A stretch of 64,000 bases of DNA from Octopus sinensis (taxonomy: Eukaryota). Both the position numbers and the translations under genes were made by a program. The stretch spans positions 1,364,001 to 1,428,000 of the forward strand of contig NC_043007.1 of NCBI RefSeq assembly GCF_006345805.1, given 5' to 3'. Shown here piece by piece: positions 37,155 to 50,498 of this stretch. The notes beneath the pieces are model-generated. The model made no database searches and was not told the DNA's origin. It saw only the letters and a program-made list of their open reading frames with translations. Each line of letters starts with the position of its first letter. Positions within the stretch are counted from its first letter, which is position 1.

Positions 37155-37668
37155 TCATCATTCATCGTTGTGTGACCGTGGTCGAGACAATGGAATTTAC
37201 TATGTTACGCCAGACTTCATGGTCCATCATAGCATTATGGAGGTCCTGTTGCTGGATGTCTGTATCCCTGGGGATTACATCAGGGTAGGAGAGTGTGCGC
37301 CCTCTGGTATCACAAGCAGATGGCTTCCAGAAGAGAAGAGTAGAAATCACCTCGGTTTCAACTCTACAACAATGTCCAGCAAACTGAACTCTTCTACCTT
37401 TCACAAGAGATGATACAGGTGGTAATTTCCCATATATTTGTACTTTGGTTGGATGATGCTTCCACGAGAGATTTTGAGCTCTCATAAGGAGGCGAGTGTA
37501 AGTTCCATCCAACTGCCTCTCAAGCTTCTTTGATAACGTCCAGGCTTCTGAGCCATATAGTAGAATTGGTTTGACTGTGGCTTTGAAGATTTTAAGTTTG
37601 AAACCTCTACTTAGATTTGATGACCAGATCTTATGTATATCATTACAGCGGGAACAGCTTTGTTTCAT
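37155..37668 (-). mobile_element. RTE-clade LINE 3' end
   Basis: KLKIFKATVKPILLYGSEAWTL..LERQLDGTYTRLLMRA..W..H.T..IYG, followed by a (TGA)n tail. Confidence 0.85.
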
Positions 37669-38392
37669 GGAGGAGGAATGATCTTTAGTGCTCTGTTATA
37701 TTAGGGTGCAGTTCCTTGTCATTTCCGCAACACACTCCCATCTTGGGCCATTCTTTTGCTGTTGGTTTTTCTGAACCCATCATCTATCAATAATCACGAT
37801 TTGTCTCACTTTCCAATCACAAAACTTTATACTTTTATCCTTAGAATGATGTAATTCTGGAACATTCTGTCTGCTTAGGAGACAAATTAGCTGAGTCCTT
37901 AGAGTATCAGACAGAATGTCTCCTAGCATTTGTTCTGATTCCCAGAGTTCAAATCCTGCTGAGGTTAACATTGCCTTTCATCCATTCAGGGTCAGTCATT
38001 AAGGTGCCAATCTAGAACAATGGATTGGCTGAGCAGTAAGAATGTCTGACTAATTGCTTTCCAGTATTTGTTGTGGGTCTCTGATTTCTGAGTCCAAATC
38101 CTACCTGGGTGGTGGACTTAATTCATCACTCAATTTAATGCCATTACCTGACACCATTGATGTCTATAATAGAGTTCTCTCCGTTGCAAGCACTGAAGCC
38201 TGATTTCTGGTTTGAAAATACCTTCCTTCTCTGCTCCATAAGTATTGGGGGCCCAATACTTATGGAGGATGTACCCATAATAATAAAAAAAATGTTACCC
38301 AGATAAACTATTTCATCATCATCATCATCATCATCAACTGTCAGACTTTCCAAGTCCACAAATCTCTGCTCTTTGTTTTAATAAACTGAGTA

Positions 38393-39036
38393 CAGTAATC
38401 CCTTGCAATACCATGGGTCACCTTTTGTGGTTCACCTATCGTGGTTCAATTATAGCAGTTCACCTGTCGTGGTTCACCTATCATAGTTCACCTATCATAG
38501 TTCACCTATGATGGTTCACCTTTCACAGTTCACCTATGATGGTTCACCTATGATGGTTCACCTACCATAGTTCACCTATCGCGGTTCACCTATCGCAGTA
38601 CACCTATCGCGGTTCACCTATCATGGTTCACCTATCACGGTTCACCTATCGTGGTTCACCTATCATGGTTCACCTATTGCAGTTCACCTATCGCAGTTCA
38701 CCTATTGCGGTTCACCTATCATGGTTCACCTATCACGGTTCACCTATCGCAGTTCACCTATTGCAGTTCACCTATCGTGGTTCACCTATCGCGGTTCACC
38801 TATCGCGGTTCACCTATCAATGTTCAACTATCACAGTTCACCTATTGTGGTTTATTATTTAAGCATATGTCAATCCCTGCATGGTGTTCTTTTGCATTTC
38901 TAATAAAATAAATATATACAAACTATAAAAATTAATTAAAAAAAATACACAGTACAGTACTGTTTCTACTTCATGGATTTTCACCTATTGCAGGGGTTTT
39001 TGGAACATAACACCCCCAATAGCCAAGGGATTGCTG
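38393..39036. mobile_element. pogo/Tigger-like MITE containing a 14-bp tandem array (about 38427-38850, ~30 units of GGTTCACCTATCGY)
   Basis: Ends CAGTAATCCCTTG / CAAGGGATTGCTG. A right-end relative without the array lies at about 55175-55250. Confidence 0.7.
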
Positions 39037-39137
39037 TGCATCTCTACCATATTTACTGAAACTCTTGGAAATTTTCCATGTTTTTGAATTTTAATTTCTA
39101 ATTTTGTATTTTTTTTTAAAATTTTTTTTTCTTACAG

Positions 39138-39319
39138 TTTAGAGATGCTAGATAAGATTGAACCGCCACCGATATCTGAAGGCTATGGGCTGTCTCTCGC
39201 ATTCCATTGCCTAATGGAAATAGTGAAAAGTGTGCAGTTTCTGATCGAAGGAGGTGAAGCTGACGATGGAAAAGAAGAAATGGTTGAATGTAAGAAAGCC
39301 CCGGCTAATGCTGTAGAAG
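39138..39319 (+). CDS. MON2: MON2 internal exon ([60 protein letters not shown])
   Basis: Matches the recalled MON2 sequence [29 protein letters not shown]; ttacag acceptor and G|gtaaga donor; 182 nt, phase 2 to 1. Confidence 0.93.
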
Positions 39320-39493
39320 GTAAGAGGAAAAGAGAGAGTGATAGAAGAAAGAGGAGAGAGGGAGAGAGAGAGAGAGTGATAGAAGAAAGAGGAGAGAGGG
39401 AGAGAGAGGGAGAAGAGATAGTGAGAGAAGAGAAAGACTGAGAGAGAGAAATTGAGAGAGAGAGAGATTGAAAGGGAGAGAGAAATAGAGATT

Positions 39494-39527
<34 letters not shown>

Positions 39528-39820
39528 GAGAGGGGGAGAGTGATAGAAGAAAGAGGAGAGAGAGATAGAGGGAGAAGAGATAGAAGAGATAGTGAGAGGA
39601 GAAAAAAGAGAGAGACTGAGAGAGAGATTGAAAGGGAGAGAGAAATAGAGAGATTGAGAGATATAGAGATAGATAGATAGATAGATAATCAGAGAGCGAG
39701 ACAGTGAGAGAGAGGAGAGTGATAGAAGAAAGAAGAGAGGGAGAGAGAGGGATAAGAGATAGTCAGAGGAGAGAGACTGAGAGAGAGAGATTGAAAGGGA
39801 GAGAGAAATAGAGAGAGATT

Positions 39821-39907
<87 letters not shown>

Positions 39908-39925
39908 GGAGAGAGAGAAAGAAGA
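39320..39925. repeat. Purine-rich (GA/GATA) tract with ~180-bp higher-order blocks, directly after the exon donor
   Basis: GAGAGTGATAGAAGAAAGAGGAGAGAG blocks recur 3-4 times. Confidence 0.85.
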
Positions 39926-40909
39926 AAATAAGAAAAAAATCTTTATTTTTTTACATTTTTAGAATTTGCAAATGCCTACCGTTTCTTTTATAGCTTCTTG
40001 TAAAACCGACCTGCTTTCGACGTCCCATTCTAAAAGTGTTCGTATTCAAAAGAAAATCTTGAACTTAATCTAATTAACACTTTCATAATCATATTTCTGC
40101 TGCAACACCATCTCCTCGCTGCCTCCACTACTGCCATGGGTTTCAATTAATTTTCGAAAATAATTAAGAATTTGGAGGGATTTAGTAAACTAACTGACTT
40201 GATCACTACTAAGCTTCTCTTTGGATAATAATTTTACAAAAAGGGAAAAAAAAAGGCTTTTATACAAAATTGTTGTCAAGTTCTAATTTAAAATACGAAC
40301 ATTTTTAAAGCAAGAACTTTTTGCATAAAAAAATGAAAAAGAGGTGTTCTTTAGGTAAAGATGGGGGTGATGGAAGTGGCAATGGCGGTGGTGGTGGGGG
40401 CGGCGGTGAGGGTGGTGGCGGTGGAAGTGGTGGTGGCGGTGGCAGTGGTGATGGTAGTGGTGGTGGTTAAAAGAAGACTGATCGTATGAGATTAAGGCCG
40501 GTCAACTTGAGCATAATAAAGCATCGTAAATAAAGTCCGAGACATTTTTCTCAAACCTCTCCAAGATCTCGGAGCGTTTTGAAAATTAATCGAAACCACT
40601 TTGGTTGTCGACTCATTCGAAATATTCACTTGCGTGCTCAAAGCTGAGGGTCTTTTTTTTTGACACTGCTACTACCGAGTGCTTATAGTTTTTGTTTCGG
40701 CACTAAAACCACCACCACCACCACCACCACCATCAACATCATCATCATCATCATCACCGTCATCATCATCATTATCATCAGTATTTTATGTCTGATTGTC
40801 TTTCTGAGGCAATGTTTTTTTCATGATTGGATGCCCTTCCTCTTGTCAAACATTTCAGTCACCTCTTATGGCACCCAGAAATGTTGTAATCCTATTCTAT
40901 AACCAGAAT

Positions 40910-41072
40910 ACACACAGCAGGTTAATTACATTATTTACATTTGACGGATATTTGTCCTCATCTTGTTTGTTGTTAACACGTTTCAGCTGATATACCCTCC
41001 AGCCTTCATCAAGTGTCTTGGGGAAATTTTGAACCTGGGTTCTCATTCCTATGGTATTTTTTGATATTGTTG

Positions 41073-41080
<8 letters not shown>
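40910..41080 (-). mobile_element. PLE pseudo-LTR fragment with a degenerate hammerhead (about 40975-41017)
   Basis: Minus strand GACAC-TTGATGA-A-GGCTG..CAGCT-GAAAC-GTGTT. Same family as 50105-50210(+), which adjoins a GIY-YIG ORF. Confidence 0.6.
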
Positions 41081-41120
<40 letters not shown>

Positions 41121-41929
41121 GGCCTCAGTTAGGAAGGAGTTATACGGAAAGACATTTTTACTGAAGCTATGTGCAGCAGGAGTGAACCTGAAACCAGATA
41201 CTTCCAAATTGAACTCCTTAAGCTTAACCTCTCAGCCATGCATGTGCCTATGTATATGTGGATGTGTCTATATTCTTTGACATGTTTCAGTCATTTGACT
41301 GTGGCCATGCTGGAGCACCGCCTGTAGTCGAACAATTCGACCCCAGGACTTATTCTTTGTAAGTCTAGTACTTATTCTATCGGTCTCTTTTGCCGAACCG
41401 CTAAGTTTTGGGGACATAAACATGCCAACATCGGTTGTCAAGTGAAGGTGGGGTGACAGGCGCACACAAACACACAAACACATAAATACAAACGATGGGC
41501 TTCTTTCAGTTTCTGTCTCCCAAATCCACTCACAAGGCTTTAGTCAGCTTGAAGCTATAGTAGAATACACTTGCCCAAGGTGCCATGCAGTGGGACTGAA
41601 CCTGGAACCATGTGGTTGGTAAGCAGGCTACTTACCACATAACCACCCCTGCACCTATATATATATATATATATATATATTATATTAAATTAGAGATAAA
41701 ACCACTATTAGGCAAATCAAACAATGAAAAACTTAAGCCAATACATAAAATTAATTAATTTATATTATTTTAAATATATATCAAAAGTATTAAAAGTTTA
41801 ATCAAAGATACATACATATCTGTGTATGTATGTAAATGTGCAAGGTGGGAAGAAATGGAGAGTGGTGTAATTATATGAACAAAGGTACAAATGATGAAAA
41901 GAAAGGAAAGGAGAAAGAAAGGGAAAGAC

Positions 41930-42100
41930 AAAAGAAGATATGGTCTTTTAATATGCTGGTATATGAATGGCTATCAGCTGCATAGATTCAGGAAAGACAT
42001 TATTAATGTCTTCAAAGATTTTAACCTAAGAATTCCATTTAGTACCATTGCCAGCTTTATTACTTTCTGTAGAATATAAATGTTAAGTAGTATGACCCTT
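41930..42100 (+). pseudogene. Highly decayed PLE RT fragment
   Basis: NGYQLHRFRKDIINVFKDFNLRI parallels DRLRKDLIAFFQRMGLRI and DGFRKNLHTFFKNLGLRI in the other PLE ORFs of this window. Confidence 0.5.
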
Positions 42101-42490
42101 GGAGGAAATATAATGAAAATTTGCTACTTAATAATGATTCTCTCATACCTCCTTCATAGTCTTAATAAATTTGGTAATATTTGCAGGAATATATAGGCTC
42201 AGGCATCGCTGTGTGGTTAGGAAGATGGTTCTTTCAGCTATGTGGTTTCTCGTTCAATGCTGGGGTGTGGCACCTTGCATCTGAGGTTATTTACTAGATT
42301 CCCATGTTGACCAAAGCCCTGTGAGTGAATTTCAGAGATGGAAACTGAAAAGAAGCCCATTTTGTGTGTGTGTGTGAAAATGCATGGAAAGGTGTTGAGC
42401 TATAAACAGTTGCACATGTGATGCACTTTTCAAACTGTGGAATAAAAGAAAATATCCCTTACTTGAAAAACGGGTAACAGTTATAGTAAA

Positions 42491-42855
42491 GATTGTTTGC
42501 CAGCATAACATGGCAGTCCTGGTTTAGGATGAATGTTGCTGTAATTTAGCCCCAGGAGACATCGCCACCTCTAGCTGAACAATTATTCTGTGCTGATGAA
42601 GGGAAATAACCTGGAAATCATGATACACAGATATTGTTTTGAGCTGAGTGGGGATGCTAGATTCCCTTGTTTGAAAATATAAGGACACAGATTGTGTCGT
42701 ATAGCCAGCTGGAGACAATGTCTCCTGGGGCTAAAACGACAGTAACATTCGTCCTAAACCAGGACTGCCATATTATGTTGGCAAAGTATCTTCACTACAA
42801 AGTACTTTTGCTGAATATCTCATGTTGTGAGATTTAAAAATAGTAATTTTCTAGG
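42491..42855 (+). mobile_element. Fold-back non-coding element with a hammerhead-like motif in its loop (42587-42631)
   Basis: About 80-bp inverted arms. The loop contains TCTGTG-CTGATGA-AGGGAAATAACCTG-GAAAT-CATG-ATA-CACAGA. A second copy is at about 51725-52120(-). Confidence 0.65.
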
Positions 42856-42948
42856 GTAAGTGTTAGTAACAGAAAGTCTGTAAAACAATACTTTTGTAAT
42901 ACACATTTGTTTAACCTATGTTAGCATAGTAAAATTAATGTAAAATGG

Positions 42949-42992
<44 letters not shown>

Positions 42993-44056
42993 TGCAAATA
43001 TATTTAACACTCCGTCGGTTACGACGACGAGGGTTCCAGTTGATCTGATCAATGGAACAGCCTGCTCGTGAAATTAACGTGCAAGTGGCTGAGCACTCCA
43101 CAGACACGTGAATCTTAATGTAGTTCTCAGGGAGATTCAGTGTGACACAGAATGGCTGTTTGAAATGCAGGTACTACTCATCTTTGCCAGCTGAGTGGAC
43201 TGGAACAATGTGAAATAAAGTGTCTTGCTCAAGGACTCAATGTGCTGTTGGGAATTGATCTCATGACCTTATGATCATGAGCTGATTAAGCACTAAGCTA
43301 CATGCTTCCCTCCCCCCCCTCACACACATATATACATACACATGCTGCCATATGTGCTGGTGGCATGTGAAAGAACCCGTTACACTCCCGGAGTGGTTGG
43401 CGTTAGGAAGGGCATCCAGCTGTAGAAACTCTGCCAAGTCAGACTGGAGCCTGGTGGAGCCCCTCAGCTTACCAGCCTGGGTCAAACCATCCAACCCATG
43501 CCATGATGATGATGATTATGATGATGATTGTGTGTGTGTGTGTGTTTGTGTGCATGTGAGAGGTGCTTGGCATAATGGTTAGGGTGTTGCGGGGTCATGA
43601 TTTCAAGAATGTGGATTCGACACCCAAACTGGATTGTGTGTTATGTTGTCCGGCAAAGCACTTCATTTGACGTCACGGCTCAACTGCGGACAAGTACCGG
43701 CCCAGTGCAACTGTCACATCTGGATTGTCCGACTGGGTCAACTTTTGGAAGGTTGGAAGAATGTCCATGTTGTTTGAGCATCTAGAATAATTAGCGAAGG
43801 TACGGCTGGTGTAATGCTATCAGTTTTCTCTCCCTTGTGAGCGACAGGTATGGCTATGCATTTGCATATACCTGCATTTTATTATATTTGTGTGTGTGTG
43901 TGTGTGTGTGTGTGTGAGTGCATGTGTGTGTGTTTGTATTTACATGTATATTTGTCCAACCCATGCCAGCATGGAAAATGGACATTAAATGATGATGGTG
44001 TGTATATATATGTTACATTATATATATGTTACACACATATATATATATATATATGT

Positions 44057-44132
<76 letters not shown>

Positions 44133-47100
44133 ACATATACACATATGCACATTTACATTTGTTTGTAATATGGTCATATGATAATACACACGTCTATACT
44201 CACACACGTTCACACACACAGACATGCTTACATACACTCACAGACACATCTTCCACATACATCATTTCTTCTGTAGTTGGTAAATGTTTAAAACTTCTTC
44301 TAAAAAAAAAAAAATTAATATTCATCTTGAGATATGCTTAGAGATAATTCCTTTGATAATAATTTTCATATTTTGTATTTCTTGTCTGCATAATTAGTTT
44401 TAGTTAATAAACAAAAAAAAATCTATATCGTCTGTGTGTCTGTTAAATGGGATACAACAGTTTTGCTCTTGGCCGTGATTTGATCTCTGACATATGAACT
44501 AAGTGCTTGTAATAATCGCTGTCAAAGTGTTTAACGGTTTTTGTCATTTGCTCGTTACCCTTTGGAAACGGTGTAACTTTTAATTTAGAGTAGCTAGTGT
44601 TATCTCGTCTGCAATCGGCTTGATTGAGCAAACCTTTGATCTGTGACATTCCAGCTGTGCCTATCCTGTCTTTTCAAAAGTGTCTGAAACAACACATCTA
44701 TGTTCTCTATATAGAACTGTTTTCTTTAATATGTCTTTAAGTATATGCTAGTGAGAACGTGAGTTAGGGAGAGATTTTGATTGCCTTTTCATGCAGATCA
44801 AAGGGATCACATAGGCTAGACATTTTTAGTCTATCTCATGAGCTGTGTGCCACAGCACACCTAGGTGCACATATGGCCCATTTGTGTACTACAAAATTTT
44901 GCAGTTCAGAAAATACCAGAAGGCTTGCCTACCATAGCAGAACTGATATCTTAAACCCCCTTGGAGTTCCGAGGAATTTCAACTGTGTTTTGTGGTCTGC
45001 TACACCAACAGCTCCTTTATAGGATCTAGTGGCTAATGACATCATCAGGAGGAACCACGTCTGGTTTTGGCCCCTACTCATCTACCATTTTGATGTGGCA
45101 GCCCCCCCCCCCTTTCAGAGGTGTCTTCAGCTCTGGTGTTGGGTGCATGTCATCTTTCTTCTGTTCCCTGGCCTCTTCGATGTAGCGTCAACGAGTGTCA
45201 GTGGGTGACTGACTGTCTTCTCAAATTTTTTCCTTTTAAATACCTGCTGCTAGGCTCCAGCAGGCAGCCCCAGCAAGTTGTCACGTGACACTGTCTCAAC
45301 TTTAACTGACCAAGGTATCTGCTGAAGGAAATAAATCAAGAATTATTAATTATGTAAAGAAAATCTTAAAGAAAACCCAGAACAACACAAACCTTATAAA
45401 AGCTTTTGTATTGTGTTAAGTTTGCTCTTTTCAGCTTTTCCAATACTCTTCCTACAACATAGCCCATATAGAGGTAGTTGTTTTTAGTAAAAGTGCTGAT
45501 TGTTTCCAGTTTAGTTTTGGATTTAGAATTCTTGTAAAATATCATTTGTTTGTTTTTTGTACTTCTCTTTCCTTCATTTGTTTTAAGAAAAGGGTATATT
45601 TTAAATTTTCCATTTGCACAAATGTCTACATTTTCACTACATTTCTAAGACATGAATCTTTGATTTGTTGTTCATGTATCCTAACCCGACATAAATTTTG
45701 ATCCTGTTTGGCTGATATACTTCACATTGCATTGTGGGCACGAGGCCTTGTGGTTTGGGTGTTGCACTCATGATGGTGAGATCATGATTTTTATTCCCAG
45801 ACTGGATTCTGCATTGTGTTCTTGGGCAAAGCACTCATGTTGCTCTGTGGCACATCGTGCCCCTGTACAGGTAGTGTTGAGTCGGAGGGAGTAAACTAAT
45901 GCACAGCACAAACATTTGGTCTGACAAACAAATCATCTGTGCAGATCATTGTTTACAACAGGAGAGTCCACACAACACAGATGCATGTGTGCACACACAC
46001 ACATACACAAACACACACAAACACACACACATACACACACACACACAAACACACACACACAAACACATACACACACATACACACGTGGGTGTTATTTATG
46101 TATGCTTTCTTCTTTCACCTTCTGTCTATAGAATCCAACCCCAAAGTTGGGACTTGTGTAGAAAAACTTGCTCAATTGCAATACACTGGAATTGAACCTG
46201 AATCCATCTGGTTGGGAGGCAAGCTTCCTAGCTATACACTCACGTCTGTTGTTCGTGAATGATCTACATCAGGTTTGACTGTTGGCTGATATGCTGTAAT
46301 ATATTCATCGGAGGATGCCTTGTTGTAACCATCTGTTATTGATTGTTTGTATATCTCAGTTATATTTGAAGATCTATGCACACAATCTATCATCTACTAT
46401 GCAGCAAATACCGCTAAGATTAAACAAAAATGTATTTCTTTGTTTACTGTTTCCAGTTTCCACCTGATCACTAAATTGAAAACAATCTAAACTTGCACCA
46501 TTTTTCTCCAGTTTTTTTTTTTACTTCTTTATAAATTTTTTTACAATTTAGCATAATTTTTGAAAAAAATTTTTATGTTTGCTAAGTTACTTTTTTTTAC
46601 TTTCATTTCTATCCCCATGAAAGTAAGGCAAAAAAACATTCTCAGTCATCACAGCTGTCATATTTATGAAAAAAAAAATATTATTTTGCATGGATCATTA
46701 TGCAGATAATTAATGACAGTGATCAAAACAGGTAAAATAGAAGAACTGGAAAAAAATTCTGTTTTCGTTTTTTCACCTGCTTTCCATTCGCTCTTCTTTC
46801 TAATTATTGGAATTATCAGTTGACCAGCCGTTTCCGATACCTGAAACTAGATCAATAAGGTTTTATTGATGATTTTCAGTGTGAGAAATAATTGTATGTG
46901 ATTACTTAAATGTAAATTTCATTTGAATATTGATTTATTTCTTCCCTAAGGAATAAAAAACAAACACAAAAAAAAACTATGAAAATAATAAAAAAATTAT
47001 TTACTATTAAAACCCAACAGAAATTATTTTGAAAATTTCCCCTTAACATTTCATTTTTTTTTAAAAACTGTGCTTTGTCCTTGAATTTTATTCTGTTTTA

Positions 47101-47366
47101 ATTGGTTGTTCTTAATGGATTGTAATTGTTCTTTGAGTTTTAAGAAATATCTTGGTTTTGGTTTGTAGGTAGTGAAATCAAAAGTAAGGAACAGTGTTTT
47201 TGTTTTTTGTGTTTACTTGTGTGTTTGTGTGTGTTTTCCTTTAACAACTTATAACTTGTCATTCTTTGGTGAATGCACAAAGAGGGAATTATATTTTTTA
47301 AGGATTCTGTTTTAATATATTAAAATGGAATGAGATGCTCTGATAGATTTTTGTTGTTCTGGGAAT

Positions 47367-47406
<40 letters not shown>

Positions 47407-47426
47407 GTAATAATGGTAATAATAAC

Positions 47427-47484
<58 letters not shown>

Positions 47485-47529
47485 GTAATAATAACAATAA
47501 TAATAATGGTAATAATAACAATAATAATA

Positions 47530-47569
<40 letters not shown>

Positions 47570-47780
47570 TAATAATAATGATAATGATAATAATAATAAT
47601 GGTAATAATAATAATAATAATAATAATGGTAATAATAATAATAATAATAATGGTGATAATAATAATAATAATGGTAATAATAATAATAATAATAATAATG
47701 GTAATAATAATAATAATTATAGTAATAATAATAATAATGGTTATAATAATAATAATAATAATAATTGTGATAATAATAAT
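47367..47780. repeat. (AAT)n microsatellite with GGT/GAT/AAC interruptions, about 410 bp
   Basis: Direct inspection. Confidence 0.97.
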
Positions 47781-48268
47781 CCACATGTGCACACAAAGAA
47801 AAAAATAGACTAGAGAATCTTGAAGATTTTTATGCGACGTTTCAATAGATGTTAAATTTTACAAATTGTCTGGTATTTGCTGGTTGACTGTTTTACCATC
47901 TCTGCAGGAAAATAAACGAAACAAAAAAACAAAAAAATATGACGAAGAAAGAACTGCCTGATGGAAATAATTTTTTTTCTGCAACTTATGTTCTGTTGCT
48001 CTTATATTCTCTTCATTTTCTTAGTGTGAAGTGGAAGAAAAAAAAGAAGAAAAAAGCCCAAACAAAAACCAAATCTTCATGATACTGGAAGTTCTGACCT
48101 CCTGAGCATTTACCGTTTTCTGAATATTAAATAGTTTTTATTGCTGGCACCTTAAATGTTTGCATTGATTCAATTTTTTCATATCGCTTGCTTTCTCGTA
48201 CTTTTTCCTCGTCAGACATTGTAATAAAATATAATTTTTCTCCTTCTTTTCTCTGCTTTTTGTTACAG

Positions 48269-48353
48269 AGAAGGAGCAGCATTTACATGGAGAATTAATC
48301 AATTCATCCTGGTGTGGAATGCTAGCTTCTCTTTCCCTGCTTCTTGATGCAAG
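48269..48353 (+). CDS. MON2: MON2 internal exon ([29 protein letters not shown])
   Basis: Matches the recalled MON2 sequence [21 protein letters not shown]; ttacag acceptor and AG|gtatgt donor; 85 nt, phase 1 to 2. Confidence 0.92.
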
Positions 48354-48486
48354 GTATGTTTACCATCATTGTATATATGGATATATATATATTTTTAATA
48401 TTTGTAATTGCTTTTTTTCAGTTTGTATTGGTTGTTTTTTTATACCTTCTTTCCTCTCTCTCTCTGTGTGTGTGTGTATGTAAGTA

Positions 48487-48547
<61 letters not shown>

Positions 48548-48767
48548 ATATAAAATCATCATTACTATAATTTTTACAACTGCTTTTCCATGTTTGCATG
48601 GGTTGCATATACATATATAGAATACATATATAGATATATGTGTGTGTGTATGTATACACATGAATATATATAAATACATGCATGTGTAAATGTATGTGTG
48701 CATGTGTCTGTGTGTATGTGTATATATGTGTGTGTGTGTATATATATATATATAATATAAATGTGTA

Positions 48768-48830
<63 letters not shown>

Positions 48831-49074
48831 TTATATATATATGTATGTATGTTTATATATGTATGTATATATGTACATGTGTCTATATATATATGCATGT
48901 AGATATATATATATATGTATGTATGTATACATGTATGTATGTGTATGTATATACATGTATGTTTATGTATGTATGTATATGTATATATATACATATGTTT
49001 GCATATATATATAGTGGTTTTATCTCTAATTTAATTTATATATATGTATGTATATATATATGTCTATATATATG

Positions 49075-49151
<77 letters not shown>

Positions 49152-49153
49152 GT

Positions 49154-49200
<47 letters not shown>

Positions 49201-49599
49201 ATATATATATATATATGTGTGTGTGTGTATATAAATATATATATATATATGTGTATATGTATATATATATATATGTTTAAAATTGTTGCTGGCTTAATCC
49301 TCATCATCTTTTATATCCAGTCTCCCTTGATGCTGCTGCGAGTCAGATATGTTATCTGGGGCAGTGTTTTATGGCCGACCTTCCTTACCTCTTAAAGCAT
49401 GCAACGACATGGTGTTTCTTTTCTAAAATCAGAATACATGTAACATATGTATGCATGTATGTGTGCATGTGTGTGTGTGTGTGCATGTGTGTGTGTATGT
49501 ATATATATATATGATTTTTACGTGGTGTGTGTTTTTTGGGACATTTGAAAGCCATGACAGCTTGGAAACTTGGAATCTTGGAGTTAGTAGCCCATGCGC

Positions 49600-50210
49600 A
49601 ATTATGAAGTGAATTTTAGGGCTTTTAAATCCAATATTTTCCTATCCTTTCTTAATACCGGTTCCCATATGCTGTTCATATCTGCACTCGGTCTCTTTAG
49701 GAGGTTGTTGTGTCCTAACATATGTACTGCTGCTTTTAGTTTCTGTATTTTCCAGTGGTGTTCTCTGTTTATTATTTTAACTTCATCCCACAGGAGGAGG
49801 TGGTCTCCATTTTTCCATACATGATCAGCTATACCCGATTTATCAATACCTCTCTGAGTCACAGCTTTGCGATGTTCCTCTCCCCTTATTTTGACGGGGC
49901 GGCATGTTTCGCCCTTATATAACCTACCACAGCTGCATGGGATGGTGTACACGCAGTCTTTGGTCATATTCTCTTCTGTTGGTGGTTTTACTCAAAGGAG
50001 ATATTTGCGAAGTGTTGTATTACTCTTGAATCCTGTCCCGATGTCATTTGGGCCGCATATCTTTTGTATCTTTTCGGAGTGGCCTTTCACATAGGGTAGG
50101 CAGATTGGGGACAGTATATCAGCCGAAACATTGTGTTAACAACAAACAAGATGAGGACAAATATCCGTCAAATGTAAGTAATGTAAATAATGTAAATTAT
50201 GTACATAATT
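49600..50210 (-). mobile_element. PLE fragment of a different subgroup: GIY-YIG region plus inverted pseudo-LTR piece at its 5' end
   Basis: GHSEKIQKICG..FKSNTTLRKYL*VK...CVYTIPCSCGRLYKGETCRPVKIRGEEH..KSGIADHVW..H...W; + strand pseudo-LTR piece at 50105-50210. Confidence 0.8.
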
Positions 50211-50440
50211 CCTCATCTCTTAAATATAGAACTGTGCAGCTATCTAGTTTCAAGTTTGGTCCTGCTGCACAATACTTTGGGCAAGTGTCTTCTATAGCTT
50301 AAGGCTAACCAATGTCTTATGAGAGAATTAGATATTTGGAAACTGCAAGAAGCCTGTTTCGGTAAAGTAATGTGTGTGCATGTGTGTATAGCCAGTTATC
50401 TCTCTCACTTTCTCTCCTTATACATACATACATACACACA

Positions 50441-50498
<58 letters not shown>

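Noticed and set aside
40560-40660. Possible intronic C/D snoRNA ending in CTGA
   Set aside because: No C box (RTGATGA) or terminal stem found.
47298-47808. Poly-Ile and poly-Tyr ORFs
   Set aside because: Translations of the (AAT)n repeat.
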